Origin: an uncultured cyanobacterium
GTDB lineage: Bacteria; Cyanobacteriota; Cyanobacteriia; CAKZMO01
Reading direction: 5' to 3'
Length of the DNA: 64,000 nt
Assembly (NCBI GenBank): GCA_963719515.1
Contig: CAVRCJ010000017.1
Location: forward strand, 32,001-96,000
Program-made: the position numbers and the translations under genes
Shown: positions 33,601-43,847 of the stretch, one piece after another
How positions within the stretch are numbered: the first letter of the stretch is position 1
How the letters are laid out: the number at the start of each line of letters is the position of its first letter
The notes under the pieces: model-generated
What the model saw: only the letters and a program-made list of their open reading frames with translations
Told to the model about the DNA's origin: nothing
Database searches by the model: none

Positions 33601-33720
33601 GCCGACACCATCTTGATGATGGACAAAGGCTCCATCGTGGAAACGGGCACCCACCCGGAGCTTATGGATTTGCAGGGACGCTACTACTGTCTCTATCAGC
33701 AGCAAGAGGCCCAGCTGTAA
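30694..33720 (+). CDS. Type I secretion ABC transporter (cNMP-binding + C39-like + HlyB)
   Basis: GQSGSGKS, LSGGQRQR, DESTSALD; N-terminal cNMP-like and C39-like domains. Confidence 0.93.
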   Translation: MTYTKSTIQGFLESIPPFNQLPQSTLKRLSSQLKLLRYRMGQAVLVRDKMPANIAIIYEGQARLLAYDPRTEKPQTLQLLQPGAVLGWVGLVRGVPCETAIASVETICLTMPALDFLAVLEGEPILAQNFRQRVSLLESFDLLGAEIHRRAIGEADLKHIAELGEAEAIVENIPSGQSSLSALDPNRIWFVSGGGSIANHAVGTRLGVDPNNESSITVTGSYPARLVGFPGAVLRTQARLSGSGADSAIAPVDADAADSDFPYAPERPEALETPVFKEESNRKKGPGDYLFVSGRGDVDGAMACFQMLARYFNLPFRRDVVRRVLKEQVERMGGLSLELCGAITEMMGVQAQLVTVPASALGRLEAPVLTKWQGSLVLMYDITPQEAIVALPETGVLRRPIEDIAKTWGEETEDGSRKGQVLLFRLTKQSPQKRFGLSWFLPSLIKYKRVLIEVFIASFFVQLFALANPLMIQVIIDRVIVQNSSDTLQVLGIFLLVIAVFEAVLTSLRTYLFVDTTNRIDLALGSEIIDHLLRLPLRYFERRPVGELSTRINELENIRQFLTGTALTVVLDAIFSVLYIAVMFVYSWLLTLVSLATVPLFVGLAVIASPAIRRQLRLKAERNAETQSYLVEVMSGIQTVKAQNMELRARWQWQQRYARYVSAGFKTVLFSTAASSASGFFTKLSGLLVLWVGASLVLSGDLTLGQLIAFRIISGYVTTPLLRLAQLWQNFQETALSIERLSDIVDATPEADETERQNIPLPPITGIVKYENVSFRFKESGPMVLNNVNVEFEPGGFIGIVGQSGSGKSTMTKLLPRLYELENGRILVDGYDISKVELYSLRQQIGIVPQESLLFEGTIQENIALTMPDASSEAIIDAAKVAAAHDFIMELSNGYNTKVGERGASLSGGQRQRIAIARTVLANPRMLIMDESTSALDYDTERRVCLNLAEAFRGRTVFFITHRLSTIRNADTILMMDKGSIVETGTHPELMDLQGRYYCLYQQQEAQL

Positions 33721-33807
33721 CCTTGATCATCTGCGGCCCTAGAGCCTAAGCCAAGCGACGCGCTAGGCAAATTATCCACTTGCTCACACTAATGACATTA
33801 TCTCGCC

Positions 33808-35409
33808 ATGCAGACACGTCCTAATTCAGAAGCAAACAACTCGCAGCCTAGTGGGGGCAAAGACCAAAACGGCAGCTTACCGGCATCAACGCTCAAAACC
33901 CAGCAAACCGGGGTGGTGCCGCAATCGTCAATTGCTCAGGCCAGCAAAGATAGACCCGCGCGCGCTGAAGTCTTTGACCAGCCCATTGTCCTTAAGCAGA
34001 CGCCGCTGTGGTCCCGGGCCATCTTGTGGGGCATCGTTGGTGTTGTCACCTTTGGATTTACCTGGGCCTGCATCGCTCAGGTGGAAGAGGCCATTCCCGC
34101 AACGGGTGAGCTCAAGCCTTTGGGAACCGTTCACGAACTGCAGCCTTCCGTCGCCGGCAAGGTGGTAGAGGTATTAGTCGAAGATGGCGATCGCGTCAGT
34201 AAGGGCGACCTGCTGGTCAGATTAGACCCCACAGCGGCAGAGTCTGAGCTGGCCTCCCTAGCGCAGGTGCAAAACTCGCTGATTGCTGAAAACCAGTTTT
34301 ACCGGGCTCAGCTGAGCGGGGGAAGCCTGCCATCCTCCGTTGAACTCAGCCAGCTGCAGATTCCGCCAGAGGTTCTAGCTCTAACCTCAAGCCGCACTGC
34401 CCTATTTGAGGAAAATCAGCTCTACGCGTCTTTGCTCACCGGAGAAGCAGCGGCAGCAAACCTCGACCCACTGCAGCGGATTCGGTTAGGGGAGCTGCGG
34501 AACGAGGCCACCTCTCGAATTGCCGCGTCAGAACTTGAAGTAGAGCAGCTCCGGCGGCAGCTCAATCAAACTCGCCAGCAAATCTCAACGGCTCAAGCGA
34601 CCTTCAATATTGAGCAGGGCATCTTGGAGCAAATCGCCCCGCTGGTTGAAGAGGGGGCGCTAGCCGATATCCAGCTTCAGCAGCAGCGGGTTGAGACGCT
34701 GAACCGTCAGGCAGAGCTAGATCGGCTTATTCAGGAGGAGCGCGTTTTAGGAGCCTCCATCGCTCAGGCCGAGCAGCAGCGCAACAACACGGTATCCGCA
34801 TCCCGCAGCGATATTTTGAACCGGATGGCGGAAAACGAGAAGCGGCTTGCCGAGATTGACGGCGAACTGAACAAGCGGATTGTCGAGAACGACAAGCGGA
34901 TTACCGAAATCAAAGGCCAGCTAGCGCAAACCGAGCTACAGCGCAACTACGGCGAACTTCGGGCTCCCATTGATGGGGTTGTGTTTGACCTCCAGGCTCA
35001 AGACGACGGCTTCATCACCGCAAATCCTGATGCGCCTGTTCTCAAAGTTGTGCCAGCCGATGCGCTGCTTGCCGAGGTTTACATCACCAACCAAGATATC
35101 GGTTTTGTGGATGTAGGCATGACGGTGGATGTCCGCATCGACACGTTTCCCTTCAGTGAGTTTGGTGACGTTGAGGGGGAGCTAATCTCGATTGGTGCAG
35201 ATGCTCTGCCGCCGACAGAAGTGCGTCAGTTTTACGCGTTCCCGGCTAAGGTAAGCCTCGAGCAGCAGTACGTCAGCATCAACGGGACCCCCATTGAGCT
35301 CCAGTCCGGTATGTCGATTACCGCAAATATCAAGACCCGCAAGCGCCGCGTAATCACGCTATTCACTGACCTATTTGTTAAGAAGATCGAAGCCCTGAAG
35401 ACTCGGTAA
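33808..35409 (+). CDS. HlyD-family membrane fusion protein
   Basis: Single TM helix, VEDGDRVSKGDLLV, LRAPIDGVV, LQSGMSITANI. Confidence 0.93.
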   Translation: MQTRPNSEANNSQPSGGKDQNGSLPASTLKTQQTGVVPQSSIAQASKDRPARAEVFDQPIVLKQTPLWSRAILWGIVGVVTFGFTWACIAQVEEAIPATGELKPLGTVHELQPSVAGKVVEVLVEDGDRVSKGDLLVRLDPTAAESELASLAQVQNSLIAENQFYRAQLSGGSLPSSVELSQLQIPPEVLALTSSRTALFEENQLYASLLTGEAAAANLDPLQRIRLGELRNEATSRIAASELEVEQLRRQLNQTRQQISTAQATFNIEQGILEQIAPLVEEGALADIQLQQQRVETLNRQAELDRLIQEERVLGASIAQAEQQRNNTVSASRSDILNRMAENEKRLAEIDGELNKRIVENDKRITEIKGQLAQTELQRNYGELRAPIDGVVFDLQAQDDGFITANPDAPVLKVVPADALLAEVYITNQDIGFVDVGMTVDVRIDTFPFSEFGDVEGELISIGADALPPTEVRQFYAFPAKVSLEQQYVSINGTPIELQSGMSITANIKTRKRRVITLFTDLFVKKIEALKTR

Positions 35410-35504
35410 GCGACGCTAGAGCGCCTCAAAGAGCAGGTCACCCTAGGTTTGGTGAGGATGACTTTCTCAACGCGATCGCTACAGGCGACGATTGGCGCTC
35501 AGCT

Positions 35505-35777
35505 TTACTTAGCGGGGCGATAACGGTGATAGCGAACCTTAAGCCCTAAGATCACCGAGGTAAATATGAGGGTAAAGACGTTGGCCGTAATGACCGGGAC
35601 ATCGTGAATATATGCTCCGTAAATAAGCCACATCAAAATGCCGGTGCACAGCGTAATCAGCATCGCCCAAGAGATATCTTCCGCCGACTTGGAGCGCCAC
35701 ACCTTAACGAGCTGTGGTAAGTAAGCAAGGGTGGTCAGCGAACCCGCCAGCAATCCCAGAGTAGTGGTTTGGTCCAT
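35505..35777 (-). CDS. SemiSWEET (PQ-loop) transporter
   Basis: LTTLAYLPQLVKVWRSKSAEDIS; three TM helices. Confidence 0.9.
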   Translation of the reverse strand: MDQTTTLGLLAGSLTTLAYLPQLVKVWRSKSAEDISWAMLITLCTGILMWLIYGAYIHDVPVITANVFTLIFTSVILGLKVRYHRYRPAK

Positions 35778-36332
35778 CTTGGTGCAGGTAAATGAGCGAA
35801 ATGATTGAGTACGACGAGAATATATAGGTGGCAAACCCGTAAGCGGCAACCGAGCCGCAGCGCCGCCAGCGATGGTCATCAGAGAGCAGAACAGCCGCCC
35901 CAAAAGGAGGCTTAATCAAGCAATAAGCAATTGCTCAAAATAAAGTTAACACAGCTGTCAGGAGGATGGGAACATTATTCAGGATTAGTCCTGAAGAAAG
36001 GCTTGTCGCTCTATTCCGCGATGCTCTAGAGGTCTATTAGCGCCCTATCACTAGCGTCCTATTGCCCATCAGCGCTCTAGGTGCACGAGATGCGTTTTGG
36101 CCATCGCGTGCCGCATACGCTAAGACAGGATAAAGTCTCAGTGAATTATCTTACCGAAAAGACTTTTTTGAGTATGATTAAGCACTAGCGCCAGAACCGT
36201 CTGCCCCGTCAAATTCAAGCCAGCAGTACCACCTCCTTATGACAGAGGAGTATCTGCTAAGTGCCCATTAGAATGATAAAGTATCAAGCCCTTAAACCGA
36301 ACCGTCGCTCTAAGCCGCAACTTTAAACTGTC

Positions 36333-39248
36333 ATGATTCACAATAGGCAGCGATTGAACGCTCAGCAGGGCTCAAAGCATGGTGAACAGCGTTGGCGACT
36401 GTTGCTGCAGGCCACAGAGGACGGCGTTTTTGATTGGGATATTACAACCGGTGAGATGTTCGTCTCTCAGCAGCTTAAAGCAGCGCTGGGCTACGCTGAG
36501 GATGATCTACCCGACTGCTTTGAGGCCTGGCAAGCGCTGCTCCACCCCGAAGATTGCGATCGCGTTTTAGCGACTATTCAAAGCTATCTCTCGCGATCGA
36601 TTCCGGACTACGAAATTGAGTATCGACTGCGCTGTCAGAGCGGTGACTACTGTTGGATTTTTGCTAGAGGTCAGGCCGTTTGGGACGCCGCCAATCAGCC
36701 GCTGAGGCTAGTGTGCTGTCAGCGAGATATCAGTGACCAAAAGCTGCGCAACGTGATGAAGGCGCGAACTGAGGAGGCCCTTGATCACAGCGAACGTAAG
36801 TTTAGAGGCGCGTTCGATGCCATCACGGCGGGCGTCTGCTTCATGTCGCAGCTCGGCGTCATTACGGATGTCAATCGGTCTCTATGTCAGATGTTGGGAT
36901 ACAGCGCCTCTGAGCTAGTATCCCGCCCCTTCGAGAGTTTTCTGCACCCAGAAGAGCGGTTAACCAGCGACATCTCCGAGCTCCACCGCCTTTTCACAGA
37001 CGGCTGCGGCACGCACACCAGCGAGCGGCGCTTTCGGCATCGGCAGGGGCACCGGGTGTGGGGCGATGTCACGATTACTGTCGTGCATGATCCTCAATAT
37101 CTCGTTGCCCAAGTGGTCGATGTGACCGAGCGCAAGCGGGCAGAGCTAGCCCTAGAACGTAAGCTGGAGCGCGAGCGAACAATAGCCTCAATTGTCAGCC
37201 ACATCCGCCGCACCTTAGACATTGACCAAGTTTTTGCCACCGCCGTCAAAGAGCTGCGGCAAACCCTACGCTGCGATCGCGTCATCATCTACCGCTTCAA
37301 CCCAGACTACAGCGGTACGTTTGTGGCAGAGTCAGCGGCGCAGGAGTGGATTCCGCTACTCACCACCTCCAAGACGGGTGAAAGCATCTCAGCGGTGAGT
37401 AGTGACCCCTGCGTGGTTGCAAAGATGGACGGTCTTGACGACACCGTCACCGATACCTATCTACAGGAGACAAAGGGCGGACGCTATCGTCAAGACAGTC
37501 AGTACCTGTGCGTCAACGACATTTACGAAGCGGGGTTCGACTCCTGCTATGTGGAACTGCTAGAACGATTTCAAGCTCGCGCTTATCTCACCGTACCGCT
37601 ATTTCAGGGGTCTCGCCTGTGGGGGCTGCTGTCGAGCTATCAAAATAGTGGACCTCGCACTTGGGAAGATAACGAGGTGGAGACCATGGTCAAGCTGGGT
37701 GCCCAGCTGGCGATCGCCATCCAGCAGTCTGAGCTGTTTACCCAGCTTCAGCAAACTTCTGCTGAGCTACAAAAGACAACCGCCGTGGCTAATGCAGCCA
37801 ACCAGGCAAAAAGCGAATTTTTAGCCAACATGAGCCATGAGCTACGGACACCGCTCAACATTATTTTAGGAAACACGCAGCTGCTCAGCCGAGAAGCCGA
37901 GAACTCTCAGCTCAAGCAAGACAAGCTGCAGGCGATTCTCCGCAGCGGCGACTATCTGCTGTCGCTGATCAATCAGGTGCTGGATCTATCCAAAATTGAA
38001 GCAAATCAGATGAAGCTGCAGCCCGCATGCTTCAACCTGCCAGAGCTGATGGATGGTCTGCATTTAATGATGGAGCGGCGGGCCACTGGCAAGGGGCTTG
38101 AGTTCGAGATTAGCTTAGCGGAGACGCTACCCACCACTATCTTTGCCGACCGGGGAAAACTCGAGCAAATCCTCGTCAATCTGCTCAGCAACGCCATCAA
38201 GTTTACGGAGCGTGGGCGCGTGCGGCTGCGGGTCTCGCAAAGGGACAATGGGGCGGTAGACCAGGCTGATGTCGCCGACCCGAGCGGGCAGCTTGCTCCA
38301 ATTTGGCTGGAGTTTGAAGTAGAAGATACGGGAATTGGCATCCTCTTCAACCAGCAGCAGTCTATTTTTGATGCCTTTGAGCAAGCCAGCGTCCCGTTTC
38401 CGGTGGGCGGAACCGGGCTAGGGCTGGCCATCAGCCGCCAGTTTGTTGAGCTGATGGACGGCACTATCACCGTACGCAGTACCCTGGGGAAAGGCGCTAC
38501 GTTTGTGGTATCTCTCCCTGTTCATTTGGTAAATTCCCTCCCCCTCGGCGGTGAAACCCATCGTCCCCTCGTGGTTGGAATAGCCGACAGCGACTCATCC
38601 CATAAGGTGCTGATTGTCGACGACATTCCCGAAAGCCGCCATATATTGTCCGAACTGCTAGGGGCCGTTGGGTTTCAAGTCCAGGAAGCCGTCAATGGTG
38701 ATGACGCCGTTGAGCAATGGCGCGCCTGGCAACCCCACCTAATTTTGATGGACATTCGCATGCCTGGCCTGGACGGCCATCAGGCCACTCGACTGATCCG
38801 CGCCCAGGAAGAAGCATCCAATCCGGTCACAATTATTGCCCTCACTGCCAGCGCTTTCAGCGACGATGAGGCTTACGCCATAGAAGCGGGCTGTAACGGG
38901 TTTATTAGCAAGCCCGCCCGAGACTCTGAGCTCCTAGAGGCGATCGCAGAACATTTGCCCGTCACCTACTTCTACCAAACCCCCGTGCTAGAGGACAGCA
39001 GTCTCCCCGAGCTGTCCTCCAGCTTGATGTCTCAGCTGCCGCTGCAGGCGCTGCAGGTGCTGCACCGGGCGGCTATTTTGGGAGACGATGCCGCTATCTT
39101 GACGCTGGTAGAGCAGCTTCCCAAGCGTCACCAGGCGATCGCAGCAGTGGTCAAAGCCCGCGCCGGTCAGTTCGATTTTGAACCCATTGCCGCCGTCACC
39201 CAGACGGCGATTGGAACCATTACTGACTGCCAGGAGGTCGGCTCCTGA
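36333..39248 (+). CDS. Hybrid histidine kinase PAS-PAS-CBCR GAF-HisKA-HATPase-REC
   Basis: [12 protein letters not shown] and [17 protein letters not shown] motifs; [19 protein letters not shown]. Confidence 0.92.
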   Translation: MIHNRQRLNAQQGSKHGEQRWRLLLQATEDGVFDWDITTGEMFVSQQLKAALGYAEDDLPDCFEAWQALLHPEDCDRVLATIQSYLSRSIPDYEIEYRLRCQSGDYCWIFARGQAVWDAANQPLRLVCCQRDISDQKLRNVMKARTEEALDHSERKFRGAFDAITAGVCFMSQLGVITDVNRSLCQMLGYSASELVSRPFESFLHPEERLTSDISELHRLFTDGCGTHTSERRFRHRQGHRVWGDVTITVVHDPQYLVAQVVDVTERKRAELALERKLERERTIASIVSHIRRTLDIDQVFATAVKELRQTLRCDRVIIYRFNPDYSGTFVAESAAQEWIPLLTTSKTGESISAVSSDPCVVAKMDGLDDTVTDTYLQETKGGRYRQDSQYLCVNDIYEAGFDSCYVELLERFQARAYLTVPLFQGSRLWGLLSSYQNSGPRTWEDNEVETMVKLGAQLAIAIQQSELFTQLQQTSAELQKTTAVANAANQAKSEFLANMSHELRTPLNIILGNTQLLSREAENSQLKQDKLQAILRSGDYLLSLINQVLDLSKIEANQMKLQPACFNLPELMDGLHLMMERRATGKGLEFEISLAETLPTTIFADRGKLEQILVNLLSNAIKFTERGRVRLRVSQRDNGAVDQADVADPSGQLAPIWLEFEVEDTGIGILFNQQQSIFDAFEQASVPFPVGGTGLGLAISRQFVELMDGTITVRSTLGKGATFVVSLPVHLVNSLPLGGETHRPLVVGIADSDSSHKVLIVDDIPESRHILSELLGAVGFQVQEAVNGDDAVEQWRAWQPHLILMDIRMPGLDGHQATRLIRAQEEASNPVTIIALTASAFSDDEAYAIEAGCNGFISKPARDSELLEAIAEHLPVTYFYQTPVLEDSSLPELSSSLMSQLPLQALQVLHRAAILGDDAAILTLVEQLPKRHQAIAAVVKARAGQFDFEPIAAVTQTAIGTITDCQEVGS

Positions 39249-39300
39249 GCCGGCTGAAGGCGTCAGGCACAAACTTCTCAGCTCTCCTGCGCACAATACT

Positions 39301-39340
39301 GTAGTGCGCACTACTATGAAGTCAGGGGTGCTGGTACTGT
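39301..39340 (+). promoter_or_regulatory. Possible NtcA box (GTA-N8-TAC) plus TAN3T
   Basis: GTAgtgcgcacTAC 39301-39314 (perfect palindrome); TACTGT at 39335. Confidence 0.35.
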
Positions 39341-39401
39341 TCCGCTTATCACCGTCGCTTTTACCTTATTGCGCGCGACGCTTCATTGCCCCAACCCTTC
39401 C

Positions 39402-40964
39402 ATGATGTCAGCTCAGACCCCATCGTCTTCCAGACTATCCGCGCAGTCATCGGCCATGATTTTGGTTGTCGACGACCGGATTGACAATATACATGTTCTC
39501 AGCAAAATTCTAGAGTCTAGCGGCTACCGCGTGAGAAAAGCGACGAGCGGAGCCATGGCGATCCGCAGCGTGGCGGAAGCAGCGCCAGACCTAATTCTTT
39601 TGGATGTCAACATGCCGCTGATGGATGGTTATGCCGTTTGTCAGCACCTGCAGGCCGACCCCGATCTCAAGGCACTGCCCATCATTTTTATTAGCGCTCT
39701 GAGCGACGTTGACAACAAGATTCGGGGGTTTGACGTTGGCGGCGTCGACTACATTACAAAACCGTTTCAGCCCGATGAAGTTCTCGCTCGGGTAAGGCTA
39801 CAGCTCAAGCTGCAAATCCTGCAGCGAGAACTACAGGCCCAGGCCGAGATGCTGCAGCGTCAAAACCAGCAGATGCAGGTAGAAGTAGATCAGCGGCAGC
39901 AGGCCGAGCGGACCTATCGCGGCTTGTTTGAGAACGCAAGCGAAGGGATTTATAAGATTTCTTTGGAAGGAACCTACACTGCGGTTAATCCCAAGCTAGC
40001 CCGGATCTATGGCTATGACTCCCCCCAAGAGATGCTGGCTGACAGCGCCGATGCCAACCAGCACTATGTCGACCTTGAAGGCCGGGATGAACTTCTAGCC
40101 TACGTCAGTCAGTACGGTCAGGTGATGGATGTCGTGTCTCAGGTTCGGCGTCGGGACGGTGAAACAATTTGGCTTTCGGAAAATATCCGCAGCGTCCCCA
40201 AGAGCGATGGAAACATCAGTCACTACGAGGGGACGCTGCAGGATGTGACCGAGCGAGTCTACATTGAGCGAATGCTGGCCCAAGATCGCCAGCGATCGGA
40301 GCGGCTAATTGCCGATCTTTTGCCCCCTCAAGTTGCCCAACGGCTTAAGTCCTCGCCGCAGCCGTTTGCGGATACCGTCGACCCGGTTGGCATTCTATTC
40401 GCCGATTTAGTGAGCTTCACAGAGTTCTCAGCGGTGGCCCCGCCTCAGCATACCGTCGCGCTGCTTAACCAAATTTTCTCGGCATTTGATGAGCTTTTAG
40501 ACCAACACCAGCTAGAGAAAATTAAGACAATCGGAGATGCCTACATGGTCGCTGCTGGCGTCCCCACGCCGCGCCCAGATTATCTAAAGGCGATCGCCCA
40601 GCTTGCCCTGGACATGCAGATCGTTATTCGCCGCTTCTATCGGTCGGACGGTCGGCCTTTCCAGCTGCGAATCGGCATTCATACGGGGTCGGTGGTGGCT
40701 GGCGTGATTGGCAAGCGAAAGTTGACCTTCGACCTTTGGGGACATACCGTCAACTTGGCGAGCCGCCTGGAGGGAATGAGCCCTGCCGGAAAAATTCAGG
40801 TTTCGGCTGAGGTCTACCGACAGCTTCATTCTGAGTTCGTCTTTGAGCCCCGAGACCCAATTTATATTCAGGGAATTGGACCCACCCAAACCTATTTCCT
40901 TTGTGGTCGTCAGGCTGACATCGATGCGCCGAATGCCGTTCGCCGCAATCAGCTTCAGGGCTAG
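39402..40964 (+). CDS. REC-PAS-class III adenylate cyclase
   Basis: REC LLDVNMP; FADLVSFT, EKIKTIGDAYM, FDLWGHTVNLASR. Confidence 0.92.
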   Translation: MMSAQTPSSSRLSAQSSAMILVVDDRIDNIHVLSKILESSGYRVRKATSGAMAIRSVAEAAPDLILLDVNMPLMDGYAVCQHLQADPDLKALPIIFISALSDVDNKIRGFDVGGVDYITKPFQPDEVLARVRLQLKLQILQRELQAQAEMLQRQNQQMQVEVDQRQQAERTYRGLFENASEGIYKISLEGTYTAVNPKLARIYGYDSPQEMLADSADANQHYVDLEGRDELLAYVSQYGQVMDVVSQVRRRDGETIWLSENIRSVPKSDGNISHYEGTLQDVTERVYIERMLAQDRQRSERLIADLLPPQVAQRLKSSPQPFADTVDPVGILFADLVSFTEFSAVAPPQHTVALLNQIFSAFDELLDQHQLEKIKTIGDAYMVAAGVPTPRPDYLKAIAQLALDMQIVIRRFYRSDGRPFQLRIGIHTGSVVAGVIGKRKLTFDLWGHTVNLASRLEGMSPAGKIQVSAEVYRQLHSEFVFEPRDPIYIQGIGPTQTYFLCGRQADIDAPNAVRRNQLQG

Positions 40965-41006
40965 ATTGAGTTACTTTTAAAGAGCGTTGATATTGGGGAG
41001 CAAACC

Positions 41007-41696
41007 ATGCCTGAAGGACCGATAGCGCAGTCGGCAGAGCCTAACTTCACCATAGAAAACGCTTTAGATCGCATTGCTCCCGCAATGCAGGCTTACCCCA
41101 AGGCGGCTATGTTTGCTCTAGCAGATGAGGGATTTGACAGCCTCTTCGAGCAGCTGGTCTCCTGCATCATTTCCATTCGCACTTACGACGAGGTGAGCCT
41201 ACCCGCTTCTCAACGACTGTTTACGAAAGCCCGCATCCCTGAGGCGATCGCGGCGCTGCCTGCCGCTGAGGTCGAGGCGCTCATTCAGCCCAGCACCTAT
41301 GCAGAGCGCAAGGCAGGGCAGATTGTGGCGATGGCCCAGCGGATTGTAGAGGAGCACAGCGGCGTGCTGCCTGCCAAAGTTGAGGTGTTGCGGGACTTTA
41401 AAGGTGTTGGTCCTAAGTGCGCTCACCTAGCCCTCGGCACTGGAGCGGGATTGCCCTATATTAGCGTTGACACCCATGTGCACCGCGTCGTCAATCGTTG
41501 GGGACTGGTGGAGACCAAAACGCCCGAGAAAACTTTGACCGCTATAGAGCGCCAGCTCCCTCAGACGCGCTGGGTCGACGTGAACCGAATCTTGATGCCC
41601 TTTGGCAAATACCTCTGTACGACAACAGCGCCCCAGTGTTCAAGTTGTCCAGTCGAGGCAGATTGTGCGCAAGCTAGTGTTTCTGGCCGCAGGTAA
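41007..41696 (+). CDS. nth: Endonuclease III family HhH-GPD glycosylase
   Basis: FKGVGPKCA HhH, VDTHVHR, C-x6-C-x2-C-x5-C cluster. Confidence 0.85.
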   Translation: MPEGPIAQSAEPNFTIENALDRIAPAMQAYPKAAMFALADEGFDSLFEQLVSCIISIRTYDEVSLPASQRLFTKARIPEAIAALPAAEVEALIQPSTYAERKAGQIVAMAQRIVEEHSGVLPAKVEVLRDFKGVGPKCAHLALGTGAGLPYISVDTHVHRVVNRWGLVETKTPEKTLTAIERQLPQTRWVDVNRILMPFGKYLCTTTAPQCSSCPVEADCAQASVSGRR

Positions 41697-41899
41697 AGCT
41701 CTACCTACATACCACAGCAAGCACCCAAAAGCTAGCACCATCTTGCCAACATTCCCGGATTTCTCCGGAAAAGTCGCTCTAATTTAGAAATAGTAATCAA
41801 CAAATCGTTTAGAGATTTGCAAACTATATAAAATGCCTTTGAGCTATTGACATTTGGCTCTCATAGGCGATCGCAACTAAAGCTTACTGAGTAACCCCT

Positions 41900-42133
41900 A
41901 TGACTTACTCCGCTGAATTGAATTCTGCGTTAGATGCCCCTAGCTATTACCACCTCAATCATTGGGCCGTCATTCGCCTGATGCCCAACATGCAGCGCGC
42001 CGTCCTGACTCGCTTTCGGACGCGCTCTGATGCAGATGGGCATATGAAGTTTCTACGCACCCACAGTCCGCAAAGCAGGTTTCAGGTCGTTTTTGACCCA
42101 CTATCCGCTAGTGATAAATTTCCCTCTCGATAA
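41900..42133 (+). CDS. Small conserved-looking cyanobacterial hypothetical protein
   Basis: WAVIRLMPNMQR...RFRTRSDADGH...FQVVFD pattern. Confidence 0.65.
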   Translation: MTYSAELNSALDAPSYYHLNHWAVIRLMPNMQRAVLTRFRTRSDADGHMKFLRTHSPQSRFQVVFDPLSASDKFPSR

Positions 42134-42148
42134 GCTATGGGGAATGGG

Positions 42149-42532
42149 GTGACATCCTCCCGACGCTGACAGCAAGCTGTACAGCGCGGGCTTCCTCAGT
42201 GACTCCCAGCTATTGCCGAGACATATCCTGAGATAGGTTTATACTCCGCCTGATGCCCCACGGCAGAGTTTTGAATTTTCATCTCCGCGAGGGAGGATAC
42301 GCACTATGTGTCGCAGATACATTTGCAAACTGAGGAACGGGTGACTTGCAGCTTTCGCCTACGGGCCCGTCACACTCTTTGCGGGGTGTATCACCTTGCT
42401 ATCTCTATCATACCAACTGCTAGCCTCAGCGCTGAGCGCACTATCCGCTGTGCATCATTTTGCGGGCGCACTTCGGCTAGCGCGACTCTCATCCCGACGC
42501 TCACCCTGAGCGGGTAGAGCGCGGGGCTTCTC
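42149..42532 (-). mobile_element. Non-autonomous IS200/IS605-type mini-element (no tnpA/tnpB)
   Basis: Related subterminal hairpins at both ends (minus strand GAAGCCCCGCGCT...AGCGTCGGGATGA and GAAGCCCGCGCT...AGCGTCGGGAGGATGTCAC); no terminal inverted repeats or target duplication. Confidence 0.75.
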
Positions 42533-42541
42533 GTCTAGTCG

Positions 42542-43579
42542 CTAAAAGAACCAGCCGTAGCTGTGCAGCCCTTTACCCAAAAGATTGACGCCCAGGTAGC
42601 ACACCCAAACGGCAGCAAAGCCAGAAATCGCCAGAATCGCGGGCCGACGGCCCTGCCAGTCGCGGGTGATGCGGGCGTGCAGGTAGGCGGCAAACACCAG
42701 CCAGGTGATCAAAGCCCAGGTCTCTTTGGGGTCCCAGCTCCAGTATGAGCCCCAGGCTTCATTGGCCCAGACGGCCCCAGACACAATGCCAATGGTGAGC
42801 AGGGGAAACCCTAAACCGATCATTCGGTAGCTGATATTGTCTAAGGTGTCGGCTAGAGTCAGCCGTTGAGGAGAGAGCGCAGGGCCGCCCTCAGTTTCTA
42901 CCGCTACGGCAGGCTTATCGAGAATAGCCGTGCGGCCACCCGCCACCTGGGGCAGCTGAGCGGCGGTTTCGAGAGCGGGTTGGGGCACCTCCGCCACCTT
43001 TTGACCGGCCCGGCGCAGCTCGTACTTAACGTTGCGATAGCTGCCGGTGCCCACGGAGCTGCCCCGCAGCGTGACGGACTGCCCCCGCGTCACCACCAAA
43101 AAGGCGATCGCCAACAGCGCCCCCACCATCAGGGCCGCGTAGCTGAGCAGCATGACGCTGACGTGCATCATCAGCCAGTTAGATTTGAGGGCGGGTACGA
43201 GGGGATGGGACAGCTGCATGCTGCTGGGCAAAGACAGGGTAGCAAAGGCGGCAATGCCCATGGCGATGGGGGAAGTAACGGCCCCAACGAAGCGGCTGCG
43301 GCCCATCTGCTCGGCCAATAGCCCCATAGCGGTGACGCCCCAGGCCACGAAAAACAGCGACTCGTAGAGATTGCTCAAAGGGAAATAGCCACCCTCGATC
43401 CAGCGGGCCCCCAACAGCGCCGCAATACAGAGATTGGCGATCGCCAAACCGCCCGTCCCCAGGCTAGAGAGGGCGGGAATGCTGGGGAACGCGACGCTGG
43501 CCCAATAGAGCAGCATGGTTAGAAAGAGGGCGAGGAAGGATGCGTTGTCGAGCCAGCCTTGAAGCGTTACTAAATCCAT
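42542..43579 (-). CDS. ccsB: Cytochrome c biogenesis protein CcsB/CcsA
   Basis: [30 protein letters not shown] (WWD domain), GLHSYG. Confidence 0.96.
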   Translation of the reverse strand: MDLVTLQGWLDNASFLALFLTMLLYWASVAFPSIPALSSLGTGGLAIANLCIAALLGARWIEGGYFPLSNLYESLFFVAWGVTAMGLLAEQMGRSRFVGAVTSPIAMGIAAFATLSLPSSMQLSHPLVPALKSNWLMMHVSVMLLSYAALMVGALLAIAFLVVTRGQSVTLRGSSVGTGSYRNVKYELRRAGQKVAEVPQPALETAAQLPQVAGGRTAILDKPAVAVETEGGPALSPQRLTLADTLDNISYRMIGLGFPLLTIGIVSGAVWANEAWGSYWSWDPKETWALITWLVFAAYLHARITRDWQGRRPAILAISGFAAVWVCYLGVNLLGKGLHSYGWFF

Positions 43580-43667
43580 GGGTTCTCTTGTTGTCGATCA
43601 ACTGGTTGGCGGTCTGTTTATTGGCGACCTATTGGCGGCCCTTTGAGGCGATCGCCTGTTGGTCTGA

Positions 43668-43750
43668 CCCCCTCTAGCTCCCCCTTGCCAAGGGGGAGAA
43701 CCACGGTTTCTTTCCTTTCCTTTCGCGCAGCAGGAGAGCCAGAAGGGGGG
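43668..43750. repeat. Degenerate REP-like/short dispersed palindromic repeat
   Basis: ctccccctt-gcc-aagggggag hairpin inside ccccc...gggggg ends. Confidence 0.55.
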
Positions 43751-43847
43751 CGACGTTCGTAGTGGGCGATACCGAATAGTCGTTGACTGCCTCTATCCTA
43801 GCGAGTCTTGACGTGGCGATGGAAGGGCTGCAGCAAATCCTTAATCT

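Noticed and set aside
42308..42517. 69-aa ORF inside the mini-element as a transposase remnant
   Set aside because: No HUH/Y1 or RuvC motifs
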